DNA of 64,000 nt from Camelus ferus (taxonomy: Eukaryota). The DNA is taken from contig NC_045697.1 in NCBI RefSeq assembly GCF_009834535.1, positions 60,452,001 to 60,516,000 of the forward strand, given 5' to 3'. The notes beneath the pieces are model-generated. The model was not told the origin of the DNA. It made no database searches and saw only the letters and a list, made by a program, of their open reading frames with translations. Made by a program: the position numbers and the translations under genes. Within the stretch, counting starts at the first letter, position 1; each line of letters starts with the position of its first letter. Positions 13,352-28,740 of the stretch are shown piece by piece.

Positions 13352-13352
13352 T
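12858..13352 (-). pseudogene. L1 ORF2 C-terminal 164 aa (Cys-rich region), 5'-truncated
   Basis: [39 protein letters not shown] and WYIYTMEYYSAIK are canonical ORF2p C-terminal motifs; no internal stop. Confidence 0.95.
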
Positions 13353-13604
13353 ATTCCAGCTTTTTTCATTTGTTTTAGCAATTTAATCAATAGTTTAAAA
13401 ACACAACGCTCATTCCAAAACCACAGTGTGCTGTCAAGTAATTTCATTATCACCATCCCCAAATCAAATAAACTAAGTCATTGTAAAAAGAAAAAAGTTA
13501 CTCACATTATAAGAATATATTTTTAAATGATTTAAATGCCAAAGGAATTGTAAAAACAAATACAATTAGAAATTCAACAAAATGTTTTAAGTCAAATATG
13601 TTAA

Positions 13605-13818
13605 CATTTGACCTTGAGCAACATGGCTTTGAACTGCATGGGTCCATTTATACACATTTTTTCAGTAAATATGTACTGCTGTACTACATGATCCACAGTT
13701 GGTTAAATCTGTGGATGTGGAACCATGGATACTGAGGGCAGACTGTAAAGTTATACATGGATTTTCAACTATATGGGGATCAGCACCCCTAAACCCCGTG
13801 TTGTTCAAGGATCAGTTT
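13605..13818 (+). mobile_element. Tigger2-derived MITE (TcMar-Tigger)
   Basis: Terminal inverted repeats 'catttgaccttgagcaacatgg' and 'ccgtgttgttcaaggatcag'. Homologous to the copies at 47925 and 50853. Confidence 0.85.
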
Positions 13819-14861
13819 TGTTTTCCAGAAAGACATTTTATTTTTAGGTAGAGTATTTGATAAAAATACCAATGACATTATTCTCTGGCTTAAAGAGGAA
13901 AGTAATAAATAAAAAATTAAATTTAGACAAGGACATACACATAGAGCTAAGAGAAATTTTCCCCGGAGAGGCTACCTTTATTACTCTTTCTTGGTTCTGT
14001 AGAATTTTTGCATTCTTGAAACAATATTTTTGTTGTGTAAAGAAATTAATGGAGAAATCTTTTAATCATATTGGAAAGTATGAAAATTATTTGCAGAAAA
14101 TCATTAATTCCTAATTGTAAACATGTAAAAATATATAAATGGAAATTTCATAAACATGATAAAGCATTGATGGAAATGCAGCAGGAAATTTATTCTAATA
14201 TAGGGAAAGTTAAAATTTCATTTAAGGTCAAAAATACACATAAATGTCTTATTACCATTGTTATTTCTTTTAAATGTCTCCAAGAAACAAGTAGAAAAAA
14301 TGTTGTTTCATGACATTTGACTTTTGAAAAATTGAAGAAATTCTAGGTAAAAAATGGCAGTTATTAAGATAATCTGGTAAGATGGCTGAACAAAAGACAA
14401 ATATACAAAATGCCAGTAGATTTTTTTTTTTTTATTGTTACAATAAGCCTCTGGACAATGTTTTATTAAATCGTAACACTTAAATGTCCAGGAAAAATTC
14501 ATAAAATTATTAATTATATATCAAAAATTGAAATATTAATAGGCACAACAAACTGAAAATAGCTTCATTACATACATAAATGGTAATATATAATGTATAA
14601 GCAATTTTCAGAAATGTGGCTTAAAATATGCATGCAGTTTGATCAAAGTAAGCAAATAAGTGGGTGTGTTTCTATGTTGTATGAATTTCTGTATAAATAT
14701 GTATCAGTACACAGAAGGATATAGTACTATATTGTAGGATACAAAGAAAGCTAGCCAAACTGACGACCTCATATTGTGGGAGGCAGGTAGTGATGAAGAA
14801 AATTATAGCTTTGCCTTTGTTTTTAAAAATTTTTACTTGCTTTAACAAGCATGTTTAACTG

Positions 14862-16516
<1,655 letters not shown>

Positions 16517-17039
16517 AAAAGAATAGAAAAGTTTACTTACCTAAGGTAAAATTATTTTAGAATAATCTTGCTGAGACTGTAAACAGGTATATCATAAAAC
16601 ACATTTAAAGGAAACTTGTAGTGACTTTGTAAAATATACATCCTAATGTTAAAAAAAAAAAAAAAAAGCAGTGCTAACTAAAGAACACCTGTGATTTCCT
16701 CTAGTTACCCAGAGGAAATCACAGTTCCTGGTCATGAGAGGAAAGGAAACCTTGAGAGGAAAAGGACTTGCTTCTATTTCAAACTGATGAGTGGTATACA
16801 TAGGGGGAAAAGGAGTAAATGTTCGCTGATGATGAGGAAGCTGGAGAGGAAGTATTCTTTTTCCTATTTTTTTTATTATTATTTCATAATTATGTTATGC
16901 TCTATATTTTCCAAGTTAAAATAGAGGAATATCTGCATAGCTATTCTGAGAAGTCACTACCACTAGCTTAAAATCTGTTCTCAGTTTCAAATACATAAAC
17001 AGTCATAATACAAGGAACAGTATGTTGTTCATCTATTTC

Positions 17040-17215
17040 TATACACAGTCATCTACTTCTTAAAACAGTCTTGTAAGCTCTGCATTGTTTCTAATGCCCA
17101 CTGCATAAAATGAGTAACAGGTATTGAGACTGAATAACTCATTAAAGTACATACTTGGAAAATTATAAAACTAGGATTTGAAAATAGGTCTGTCAGCCTC
17201 AAAATTTGCTAATGT
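17040..17215 (-). mobile_element. MIR remnant
   Basis: Antisense MIR core 'aaatgagtaacagg...ctaggatttgaaaataggtctgtc'. Confidence 0.5.
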
Positions 17216-19112
17216 TTTAGTGTCCTGAATGTTTTATTAAACACGTATTTGTTGAGAATATACAATAGTCACCACAGAACTAAGCCCTGAATTTAGCAAA
17301 CAGCAGTTAAATTTTTCCACTTGTACCAGTTGTTCAACCAAAAATGCCCTTCATTCCAGGGTTAAAATCAGCATTTCGAGATCTCGTAAACAAGCTTAAC
17401 AGAGTGTATTCACAATCCTTCTGGAACATTTTCACCACTAGTATGGTATCATAGCCAACTGAGATTCCTGAAAGATACAGATTTAAAACAATCACTGGAT
17501 AACTTAGAAAGAAAACATAATATTTATAATAAATATGTATTTCAAAAAAGGCTTAAGTGTTTAAAAGCATATGGTTTCCTTTTAAATGTGTAATATATAC
17601 ACTAAAAGAATAAACAGAATCAGTAAATAGAAGTAGCATCTTTTATGTATTTACACTATTGTGTTGTAGATGATTACTTCATTAGTAGGATTGTTTTCTT
17701 TATATATATCCTACTTACAATCATCTGTGTTCAGTTTTATATCACTAATAAGAACTTTGCTTCCATATAAATGATTCACATTTCAAGTAAAGAAAATAAA
17801 CAATTCATCTAAAGTTTAAAAAAGGATTTAATGTTATTTCTTTCACAATTATCAGCATATCAAGATATGTGTAAATGTATTTTTTTCAAAACTACGTATT
17901 AAAAATTTGAGGAAAATCTAAAGAATATATTAATGATTCATGTGAATATAATTCTATGCATTTTCTCTCTCCTTTCTTTCTAACAAAATCTTACTAGAAA
18001 AAAAATCAAATTTCAGATAAATTTTTGTACTGACAAAAAATCAATCTACAAAATTCCCTGGAGATTTGAGAATAATATATAATTAAAAACTGAATGAGAA
18101 TCACATGGTTTAAAAAAAATGACTCATACTTAAACAACAGTGTCAGGTAGATAATTTAAATAACTCCACATTGGTTTTGTCATAAGCTGTCAAATATTTC
18201 TGAATGAGTAAAAAAGAATTCAGTGAAACTGACAAAATATGATTACTGTAGAATAAAATTTCACATTGTTAACATACTCATAGAAAATTGATATTTTTAA
18301 AAAATAAAATATATTTTAAACTTTCCATTGAAATGAGTTAGTAATTTAACTAAACTATTAGTCTTAAATTATTGTTAAACATAATCATTTTAATCTTAAA
18401 TTAATTGAAAGTTTTGGTTGACTCTTTAAAAGATAAATGTGGACTGAACCACCTAGAACTTAAGTTTTCAAGTATACAAGTTTCCAGACTTCTCTATATA
18501 TTAAAATATAAATTTCTAATTAGATTTACAAATTATTTTACTAACATAAAAATCAAGCTTAAAATGAACATCTTGTGCTTTATATCATGAATCTTTGGAT
18601 TCCATTCACATACTTAAAGTGTTGTGAAATTTGCCTTTTCTTTAATTACATAACATAGCCTTGATACTTTTTATATTAAATTAATAATCTACATTTAGGA
18701 GATGAGTAAACCAAAGTGGAAGAAAAAAGTGAATTTTGGTCTTAAATGTTAAAGAATAAATTCTGATAGGAATATTAGATTGTTTGATATTTTTCACATT
18801 CCCTTCTTATATTGGTTTTACTTTTCTCTTCTTTTATTTGGCAGAACTCACCTGAAAGAATTAAAGCACAACCATCTTTCCTAATCCTTTTTCTAAGAAT
18901 ATGTGCTTTAGAGTTTTCTTATCTTTTCAGTCCTTGAAAGTGTATATTGACATTAACTGCAGTTTATAGATTTTCTGGACCTAAAATTCATAAACATCCA
19001 AGGGTATTTTTCCATTTATTTTGCATCCTCTTTAAGTGAACTGGATGACAAAACACAAGAATTCTCTTCATAACACAAACAACAATAGAAAAAGATGAAA
19101 ATGCTAAAGCAA

Positions 19113-19143
<31 letters not shown>

Positions 19144-19941
19144 CTTGGAACATAGATCCAATTGGCTCTACCTGTAAATACAGACGTTCCAGATGAGAGA
19201 GAAACATTGTGAACTATGCCATAAAGAAGACATTTTGTATGAACTGGAAGATAATTGATTCTATGAAAAGGTTTACTGAGTTGGAAGACAGAAAATGCTT
19301 GGACATATTATTTTAGAATTACTGAAGTCTAAGGAAAAGAAAAATGAGACTGTCACCTGAGTTCTTAAAGCAATAGTAAAATCTGACAAGTGAAACAAGA
19401 ACAGTAATAGCTTATTAAAAGAAAAACAAACAATAGAAACAGCTAGATTCAATTTGCTTCTGAAAATAAAGGAGAAAATTAAAGATTGATCAAGAAAGAG
19501 AAGTAAAAATTACAATGTTTATGGCAGTTAAGTTGTAATTTAATGTTAATCATGAAGCTATATAGTAAGAAACATAAAATAATAAGCCATTCATTTTGCA
19601 AAAAATATAATCAAAATATACAAGATAAAATTAGTAGAAATACAATCATAACTTGCAAACATGTACTTATAAAAGAGTTAAAATATCTCACATTCAGAAG
19701 TGAACCAAATTAACAACAACAAAAAGACAGGTATAATTTAATTCTCCAATACTCTTGTCATTTTCTGTCACATTTATTTGGATATATATGGCAAAAAAAA
19801 TCATGAACTCAAGTGTGTACTGGAAGGCAAAAAGAAAAGTCACTAAATATTCTAAAAAGTAAATATTTTACAACCCACCTTCTCGGATTCCAAATAGAAA
19901 TGTGACCTAGGTAGCGGTACAAATTGTGAAATTAATACGAT

Positions 19942-20164
19942 TGGTGCTCCCTATCCACAAGTTCTGCAACCACAGATTCAACCAATGGTGGGTCATGCTA
20001 CATCCACGGCTGGTTGGATCCATGGCTGGTTGGATCCCTGGTGGAATCCAGGGGTGCAGAACCCATGGATGGTGCACTGACTATGGGACTTGATAATCCA
20101 GGGAATTTGGTATTTGTACAGGTTCTAGGATGGATCCCCCTGGAGAATATAGAGGGTCAACTCT
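19942..20164 (-). mobile_element. MER2/MER8-group Tigger MITE with an internal palindrome
   Basis: The reverse complement begins 'gagttgaccctc...ataccaaattcc...tcaagtccc', as in MER2/MER8; internal inverted arms are visible. Confidence 0.75.
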
Positions 20165-20208
20165 AATTCTGGATGTTTGGAGTAAGAAATGACACATCTA
20201 TATAGAGT

Positions 20209-20639
20209 AAAAATAATGCTATTTGCAGTAACATCGATGGACCTGGAGATCATCATACTAAGTGAAGTAAGCCAGAAAGAGAAAGAGAAAGAAAAATGAC
20301 ATATGATATCACTTATATGTGTAAACTGGAAAAAAAAAAAAGGCCACACACAAAAAAACTTATTTATAAAACAGAGAAAGACTCACAGACATAGAAATCA
20401 AACTTACGGTTATCAGGAGAAAGTGGATGGGGAGGGATAAATTGGGAGTTCCAGATTTGCAGATACTAACTGCTACATGTAAAATAAACAAGGTCCTACC
20501 ATATAGTACAGGGAACTATATTCAATACCTTGTAATGGCTTATAATAAAAAAGGAATAAGGAAAGGAATATATATATTTATAAATAAATCACCAGAAATT
20601 AACACAACATTGTAAATCAACTATACTTCAATTTAAAAA
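20209..20639 (+). mobile_element. Short 5'-truncated L1 3' end (cetartiodactyl type)
   Basis: 'gatggacctggagatcatcatactaagtgaagtaagccaga...acagggaactatattcaatacc...caactatacttcaat'. Confidence 0.92.
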
Positions 20640-22011
20640 GAATGAGACAGAATTTACAAGAGTTAAAAAAAGAAAACAATTAGAAATAGTTAAAATTTTT
20701 AACATGAATAGATTACTATGTGTAACAGTGGCAAATTATTGAAAACCTAAAAAAAAAAAAATCATTTCTTAGTAAAATTTTAAGTACCTAAAATTGACCA
20801 AAGAACTTGTAGAAATTGCGGCTATCCCAATTACTGTAAGAGATTTGAGGATTTTTAAAGAGGACCCAAACTAGAATATTATATCTGAGTTTCAGAGTAT
20901 TTTTAAAGAGCAGATTATTTCAAATTTAAGTACCTAAGACCAAAGACATAACAAAATTATCCAAATCATTCTAGTAAACAAACACAATTTTCATACAATG
21001 GCATTTTCCTAACTAAACAATGTTTCCACATAAAATACTAAGATGATCCAGCAAAATCAAAGGAACTAAGATATTTGATAAAGCCAACTTCATTCAAATT
21101 ATGAAAAATAAATTTTTAAAAAATTGTCAGCATAATTTATTAAATTAACAACTTGAAGAAAAAGTGATACTAACAAGACTATTATTATATAAACAAGCAG
21201 ACATTTCTTTAGATAGAAGGTATACTGCATTTGTAAATAAATGGAGAAATAACAAAAGCTTTTCTTCCTAATCCAGCAAAAAGTGCCATTTACTGAAATT
21301 AGATAAGCTAAATTACGTGCTCCATAGGGAAAACTGGAAAATAATTAATTCCAACAAATGAAATATGAAACTGGATAAAGACACTTGTAAAGTCTTACTA
21401 AATAACATGAGATGATATAATAGATATGCTTCCATTGTAATAGGAATATATAATATAAAAATCAATTTTCAAAATTGATGCAATATGAATTCATAATTTG
21501 AATTCATATGGAAATTTTTAATTTAAATCACATAATCTCAAATCTTATATGAGGAAAAAATTTGACTCTGATTTTATCCCTGTCATCTTCTATATTTAGC
21601 TTCAGAATTGTCAAAACAAGTTTAAAAAATAGTGAAAGACATGCCATAAAACAAACATGTTACAAAGCCATTATAAATTATAGTATTGTTGTAGAAATTG
21701 ATAAATAGATCAATGGTGGAAATAATTTAGAAATAGATCTCAGTATAAATGATAGATTAATTTTTTTAAATGGTAAACCTAAATTGAGAAAAGATAACCT
21801 GTATTTACTAAGTAACCTATTTAGTAAATAGTGACTGCACAAATAGCTATGTATCTGGAAGAAAATAAAATACAACTTCTGTCTTTTATCATATGCAAAA
21901 ATACATTCCTGATGGTCTAAAATATGTATGTGAATATGCAGGGTAAATATACTGCAAGAAAAAGAAGGCGCAGGGGAGACAATTTTAACCAAAACTAGTA
22001 ACATAGATGCC

Positions 22012-22035
22012 ATATATATATATATATATATATAT
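22012..22035. repeat. (AT)n microsatellite
   Basis: Perfect dinucleotide run. Confidence 0.95.
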
Positions 22036-25000
22036 GGTGCCTTTTATTTTATATATCTGGTGTTTTATACTTTAGCATTAAATGCTATATGTTAGCCTTA
22101 AATGATCACTGAACTTACTCTGAAGTATAAGGCATCATAAATACCATCAAAAAACAGTCAGTAGATTTTGATTAAAAAAGCAATGCACAAAACTTTAAAG
22201 TATTTATTACATGGAGTGAGTTTTTAACAAAATCATAAGAAAATATCTAATACAAGTATCAGTATTATTTTTTTTTTTTAAGATCAAATCAAGGTAACAA
22301 ATCATATTTAAAACTGCCCACATTGCCAGTAGCTGGTGAAATGCATTGTACAAACAATTCATCATGATAGACTGTAAGGCCAAAACAAACTCTAGTACCT
22401 ACTACTGGCTTGAAGAGTGAACAAAAGCTTGTCATACACTGCTGGTGAAAGCAGACTGGTAACTTCTCTAAATATACGGGTACTTGTACTCTATAAACCC
22501 AGTAATTGCACTCCTTGAAAATCTATCCTCTAAGTATTAGGAAAAAAAAATAAAAGGCATGTATACAAGGATAGTTTTGTGTTTTTATGGTGTTAAAAAC
22601 CTGTAATTTGAGTGAATGCCAGCAAAGGAAAATGGTGGACCATATCATATCATGCCTGTCCATACCAAAAAGTATTTTAGGCACAAAAATAAGTATACTA
22701 TCATTGTACCTGCTGTTTTGCATGATTTTCAGAGATATTGTTGAGTGGGGAGAAAACAAGATACAGAAAACAAAAAGCATTTAAGTTCATGTGTGTGTAT
22801 GTCTCTAAGTTATTTTAATAAAAATACACAAGCATGAAAAAATATACAAAAATATTTATAAAAAGTTGTTAACATTGATGACCAAGGGTGGAGAGCAGTG
22901 TTTGGTTGTGTTGGAAGGAGAAAGGAGGTAGAATGAATTCAAACAAAAAGGAAAAAACAAAATAACTGTCTTTCTAAAAAATATGTATGTATTTATATAT
23001 ACACATATATGTGCATGTATACATATGCACATACGTTATGACACTTACAAAATTATGGAAGTGTGCTTGTGTCTCATGAAATTACCAAATAAATATTGGG
23101 GGAAAGAGGCAAAATTTTAAAAAGTCTTAATTTGGATTTCAAGTTTAAATATAATACAGTAATATTTCAGCTTTGCAAACATAATCTTTCTTTTGTTTTC
23201 ATTCTTTCCTCATTTATTATGAAAATACATTTAATTAGCTAATAGAAAATCAGATGCCCATGCTCTCTCAGGATGGACAAGGTGATTTCAATTTCTATGT
23301 CGCCATACAGTCTAACTCCCTCATTTCTAAAAATTTTTGTTACTTATAGGTTGATATATAATATTGCACATCTTGAAGATTTGTCCAGAAAGGGACAGCC
23401 TACACTATGAAATAATTAGCTAATGCAGACCTGAAGGTTGTCCAACAAAATTGCATAGATACAATATCTTCTTTGGAATTAAAATGCTTACTACAGACAT
23501 GTATAAATTTGTTTACAGTAAATAATGACTGCTTTCATGTGCTAATAAAATTGTCAGATTTTAAAAAGTGTCTGGATTCAACCCAAAGCCCGTAATTATT
23601 TGATTTCATTTCTAATGAATATTTGGATTGGAGTATTAATTAGGTTATTGCATTTCCTTTCTCTTTACCTTTATGATTGATACGTCAGTTCCTTTATTCA
23701 TTCATTCATTTACTGAAATTGACTTAAATATTCTGAAATGCACCTTCATGCTCCTTCAGTTTATGAGTATAGTAACTTGGTGACCTTGAACTACTCCACT
23801 TGTAAGACAGATTCAAATGCGCATAGATAAGATTCTGAGAAGCAAACTGAAGATTCTTTGAGATGTTTTATGAATGTAAATCCAAAATATGATATGAAAA
23901 ATAAGCTACAGTTAGATTTTATTATTTTTATTAAAATATTTTAGAATCTTGGATACTGCAGTTCTTTTCAGTAATGCTTTTAAAAATATAAGTAACTTCA
24001 AAATTATGTAAAAATAATACTGTGCCATTTAAATAAAGCAATGTTTACTTAATTGAAAAGAAGTGCAGGTATTTTTATAAACCCAGTGAACTAATCTCTC
24101 AAAATTTTGGTCAGTTATTGAGAACATTCAGTTTAGTTTATTTTCACGAACTTAAGATAGTTTCCTCTTTTATTTTCCCCAAATACAATTTCTGAAGCTA
24201 TTTTTCTTTTACCTGAAATCTACTGTAATAACTGCTTCAGCTTCTGAAACACTTAATCTTAGGTTATTTCTCTTTATATATTTGAAATACATATAACTTT
24301 GTATAATCTGTGGGATCTAATATGAATAGACCTTTATATAAATTAACCACAAATAGTAATAGTTGAGGGAAAGAAGAAGAGTTGGTCAGCATAGTGGAAA
24401 TAACTATCCTGCTACACAGTAATAACATTTTAACAGGGAAGGAAGTGATACACACAAAGCAAATCTTTGCATTTGATTTACTATAATTCAGTGTGGACAC
24501 CAAGACCTGGGACTGATGGTGGGCCTGTCTATATCCATTTCTGGTTTATATTGTTGGAACATAGTTTAAGTAGAGCAGCCATCAGTACATGCATTAAATA
24601 GATAGAATTTTAATTGTTAATTACTCTCTGTAATGAAACAAGTCTCTCCAGAGCAGTCATAATAACTTTGTTTTCATCTGAGTTTTTTGGTTCTAAAGAC
24701 AAAGTCTGAGGAAGAGTTTGTGGAGAAACTAGCTTTTTCCATCAGTTCCCAGGAATTAGGCAAAATTTGTACATGTCAAAAATATGTCTTCTCTCAGCCT
24801 AGAAGGTGAGAGAGATGGAATACTGACTGGTCTGCAAAATTCAGGGTTTTCCTCAAATGTAGATTTGTAGATACTGGAAAGTGGAGGCAGGTAACTTCAA
24901 GCTCCTTTACATAGTTTTTTCCCCCCCAAATGTCAGAAAACATCATTTTGCCTATACTAATAATTGGTGTTTGGTGGAGGGCTGAAGTGTCTTTCCCTGC

Positions 25001-26259
25001 AACCCCCTCACTTACTCACATGGTACTGCCATTGAGACCAGGCTGCAGTTCTCAAATTTTCAGTCTTGAACACTCAACTCTATCAGGCTTTAAGAATTGA
25101 TTCATGTTACTCAGAATTACATGATTCTGATTAAAAACTTAAAATGGAAGTGAACACATTTATGAAATGATTTCATTAATTTTCAATATTTTAAATACAC
25201 ACTTACATCCTGTATCTTAATCCTTTCTCAGTATTTACGTACTTGGAAAATCAAAATTTTGTCAGAAGGTTGCTTAATGAGCAAGAAATCCAGAAAAAAG
25301 ATATATGATGGTCTTGTAACTTCTTTCCCTGAACTGAGGCACATTTGATCACCTCTTACTATTTTAAAAATAAATACAGTAAGTACTGTATATGCACAGC
25401 ATATTAGATAATTATCTTCCTGGTTCAATGCTAGTTTATTACAGTGAGACACTATTTTGTCTCCCTACTGAAAACACTTTTTAAAATGCAACAGGGGCAG
25501 CTCAACCCGGAAAGACTGATAGACTGTTTACTGGCAAGTTTAATTTTTTGTTACACTACAGATGAGAAAGCTGTGATCAGTTATCTAAAAGTTAAGGAGC
25601 TGTACTTTCTTGGTTGATTCAAGTGACGTATACATATGTAAATTTACCACTATGTGCTTTATTCAAATTAGAAAAATGTTTAAAGTATCACTCCTACTTG
25701 AATCCAAAGCGTTGTGTAAAAGTATAGGGTCTAAGATTGCTAAGGAAAAGGGCAGGTAAAGAAAAGTAAATCAGGTGTAGGCTCCTTGCCGTGTGCTTTA
25801 TATGTGCTTTTACACGTATGATGGTACTCCACTGTCAAACTTTTTTTTTTTTCTTTTGTGGTCACAGAAATCTTGCTAAGTCTTTGAATAGGCAAAGACA
25901 CTACAGTTGAAAGAAATAAAATAATGTTACCACATTTTCGGAGATTATCTGTAAGTACCGTCCCTCCCACATGCATACATAAACACAAAGTTACTTTCAC
26001 GGACATTGCTATTTCCTCACTGGTTTTGTAACTCATTTTTGACAGACTACACATTTTCATCAAAGGACCAAATCTTATTTTTTATGGTGAGACTATAAAT
26101 ATTCTTTATGATTTGAGGATGTTATATATATTAGAATGATTATCATCAAAATACTGTTTGTATTACATTTAAGTAGTACATCTTTAATAAGTTCTGCTAA
26201 TTTAATAGGTTCCCCAAAGTGAGAAGGGTAGGTTAAAGGGTTATGATATATTTTCACCT

Positions 26260-27150
26260 TACAGCATCAACATGTGTGAAAGTAAGTTTCGATAAATTTT
26301 CAACACTGGTTATTCCAAGTTTTCACTGTGGTTAATCTAGTAGGCAATAGAATGATATATCTCATTTGTTGTTTTACTTTCATGAATTTATATTTTCTCA
26401 GTCACCTGTATACTTTTGATATACTAAGTAGAATCATGTAATTAGAATTATGAATAGTTTCTGTGCAATTATATTTTTTATCTTAGACTATTACCTCTAT
26501 ACATACAATTAGGCAATTTATTTTCTAATTTTTTCATGGTCCATTCTCTAAAGAATATATATATATATATATTATACATATATAATATATATATATATAG
26601 TGTGAGAAGGTGTCTACTTAATCATTTTTTGAAGTTGTTACACTTAGTCCCTTAGTGTCCTGATATTATTAGAGTTTGTTTATGCTTTCCTAAATTCATA
26701 GAAATAATAGTATTCATTTCCTTGGTTATCTGTTTATTTGTCTTAATACCATATTTTAATTTTTGTTGAATATAAATATTTATATATGATAGAAATGCTC
26801 AAAAAACAAATTTATTTGTTCAACTTAAATAGTTCTATCTTCTTTTTTAGATGAACTTAACTTTGGATACTCTTAGAGAGAAAATCCTATGGGATTTAGA
26901 TTAAACTCCACTAAACCTAGGAGTCAGCCATCTTTGCATGATGCAATCTTCCTCCCAAAAGATCCCTCTCCATTTATTCAAATTTTCATTTACATCACTT
27001 AAACTTTTATAGCATTCTTTATAGAGGTCATTTTTCTTGGTCATCTTCCTTGCTAAATTTATTATATAGCATTTTATGGTTCCTGTAGCCAAACTCTTTT
27101 CTATTGTTCTATTACTGTGGGGATCTTTACTGCTGGATGATTGTATCTCC
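26260..27150 (-). mobile_element. Ancient L1 ORF2 remnant containing an imperfect (TA)n at 26555-26599
   Basis: Antisense L1 motifs 'aatgatatatctcatttgttgtttta' and 'cttgctaaatttattatatagcatttta'. Confidence 0.55.
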
Positions 27151-27834
27151 TAACTGGCATCACCTTTTCACTGATCTTCTGGTCTCCCCCATCTCCACCA
27201 CGAATGAGTTCCCACACTGACTGACTAAATTAATCCTCAGATCTTTTTTTTTTTTTTTTTTTTTTAAGTTCAGTACTCTCAATGAAAACCAAAGCAGAAC
27301 TAAAGAGCAGCAAAACACTTTGAGGACACTGTAAAATAAAGATGGTATCAACTATAGCTTAAAGATAAAATTTTTTTTAAAAGTGTTTTATCGCTGCTGT
27401 GTTTTTGACAATCGGTTCAGCATGTTCTCACCTGGCTAGCTCTTTCTGAACTGCTTTTCTATCCCATCTCAATGTATGAAACCCCTACCTATCAAACCAC
27501 ACCTTAAATATCCTCAGTGTTGGGTATTCTCTATCAACCCTTCCCAAACCTCTCACCCAACATCCTTAAATTTTCTTTGCTGAAACACAAGGATTTTTGC
27601 ATAATATCTTCTATTTTACTTATTTCTATGTGTGGATTTTCTCTCCAAGACAAACCAAATACTAGATTATTTATTCACTCAGCTACCCATTCATTTATTG
27701 AACAATGATGATCTGACTGAAGTACAAATATTTTCTTAGGCAGAGAATGCTACAGAATAGCAAAGAGAAACACTTGATGTGGTGCAGACTGTAGATGAGC
27801 TGTCTAAAATAAACAAAGTCAAGTTATACAGGTT

Positions 27835-28100
27835 TAAGAGTAACTGCTCTAATGCATGGCCCCTACTGTACCTATCTTATAAATATTTCATATATATTTA
27901 TTTACATATATTTAATCCTTATAATAACCAAAGGGCTAGTTTTATTTCACTTGTTTGTTATTGTACCCATTTTCTAGCTTTGGGAACTAAAAGAAGACTT
28001 AAGACATTTACCTATAGGCGCAGAGCTTCTAAGAGCCCCAAAATGAATTAGACCATAAGGAGTTTAATTCAACAATTTATGTTTTTAGACAGCAAATTAT
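27835..28100 (-). mobile_element. MIR remnant
   Basis: 'atttaatccttataataacc...tacccattttctag'. Confidence 0.55.
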
Positions 28101-28419
28101 AATATACTGTTTAGCACATCGTATTGTAAACCAAAGTTGGTGGTATTTTCCTATCTTTATAGTATCATCTATTAAAATTGGCCTCTAAAATATTATTTGG
28201 TTAACCCTTCTTCAAAAGCCTCCAGCTGTTTCTTGCTAATAAATTTGTGATTGCTATATCTGCAATAAACTGCAATAAATAAAGAGAGCCTTGTTACTGT
28301 TAAAGTAAGATAAAATAAAAATATTTTTGATGGCTAAAGGAGTACTTGAAACTGCAGGCAGTGTATGCCTAGGTTAGTAGGCTATGTGTCTTTCTTCATC
28401 TGTAACTAGATTTTTTAAA

Positions 28420-28740
28420 CTTTTTTTTGGTCAGTATTTCAAACAAAGAGTAAGTGCAAGAATACTACAATAGTAAACTACTTTACACCCTTTTTCCAGA
28501 TTCAAAAATTGTTTGCATTTTTTCAGTTGCTTGCTTTATCAAACTCCTTCCTTTTAATAATTTGAGAGTAAGATTACAATACTGTGTTAATTTATCCTAA
28601 ATTTCAGTGAGCATTTATTTTGTACAAATATTATGACCAAAGTAAAATGGTCAAAATCAGAATTTTTTTTTGACAAGATACAATTTTCAAATATCCTATC
28701 TCCTTTCAAATTTAATCTATTTTCCCAAAGTATCTATTTT
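28420..28740 (-). mobile_element. L1MC4/5-like 3' end remnant
   Basis: Degenerate match to an antisense L1MC-type 3'UTR. Confidence 0.45.

Larger units (their letters stand above)
19135..22860 (+). mobile_element. Highly degraded ancient L1 (L1ME-like), interrupted by younger insertions
   Basis: A-rich strand with ORF1-like (19140-19400), ORF2-like (20750-21990) and 3'-end-like (22300-22800) remnants in the expected order. Confidence 0.55.
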
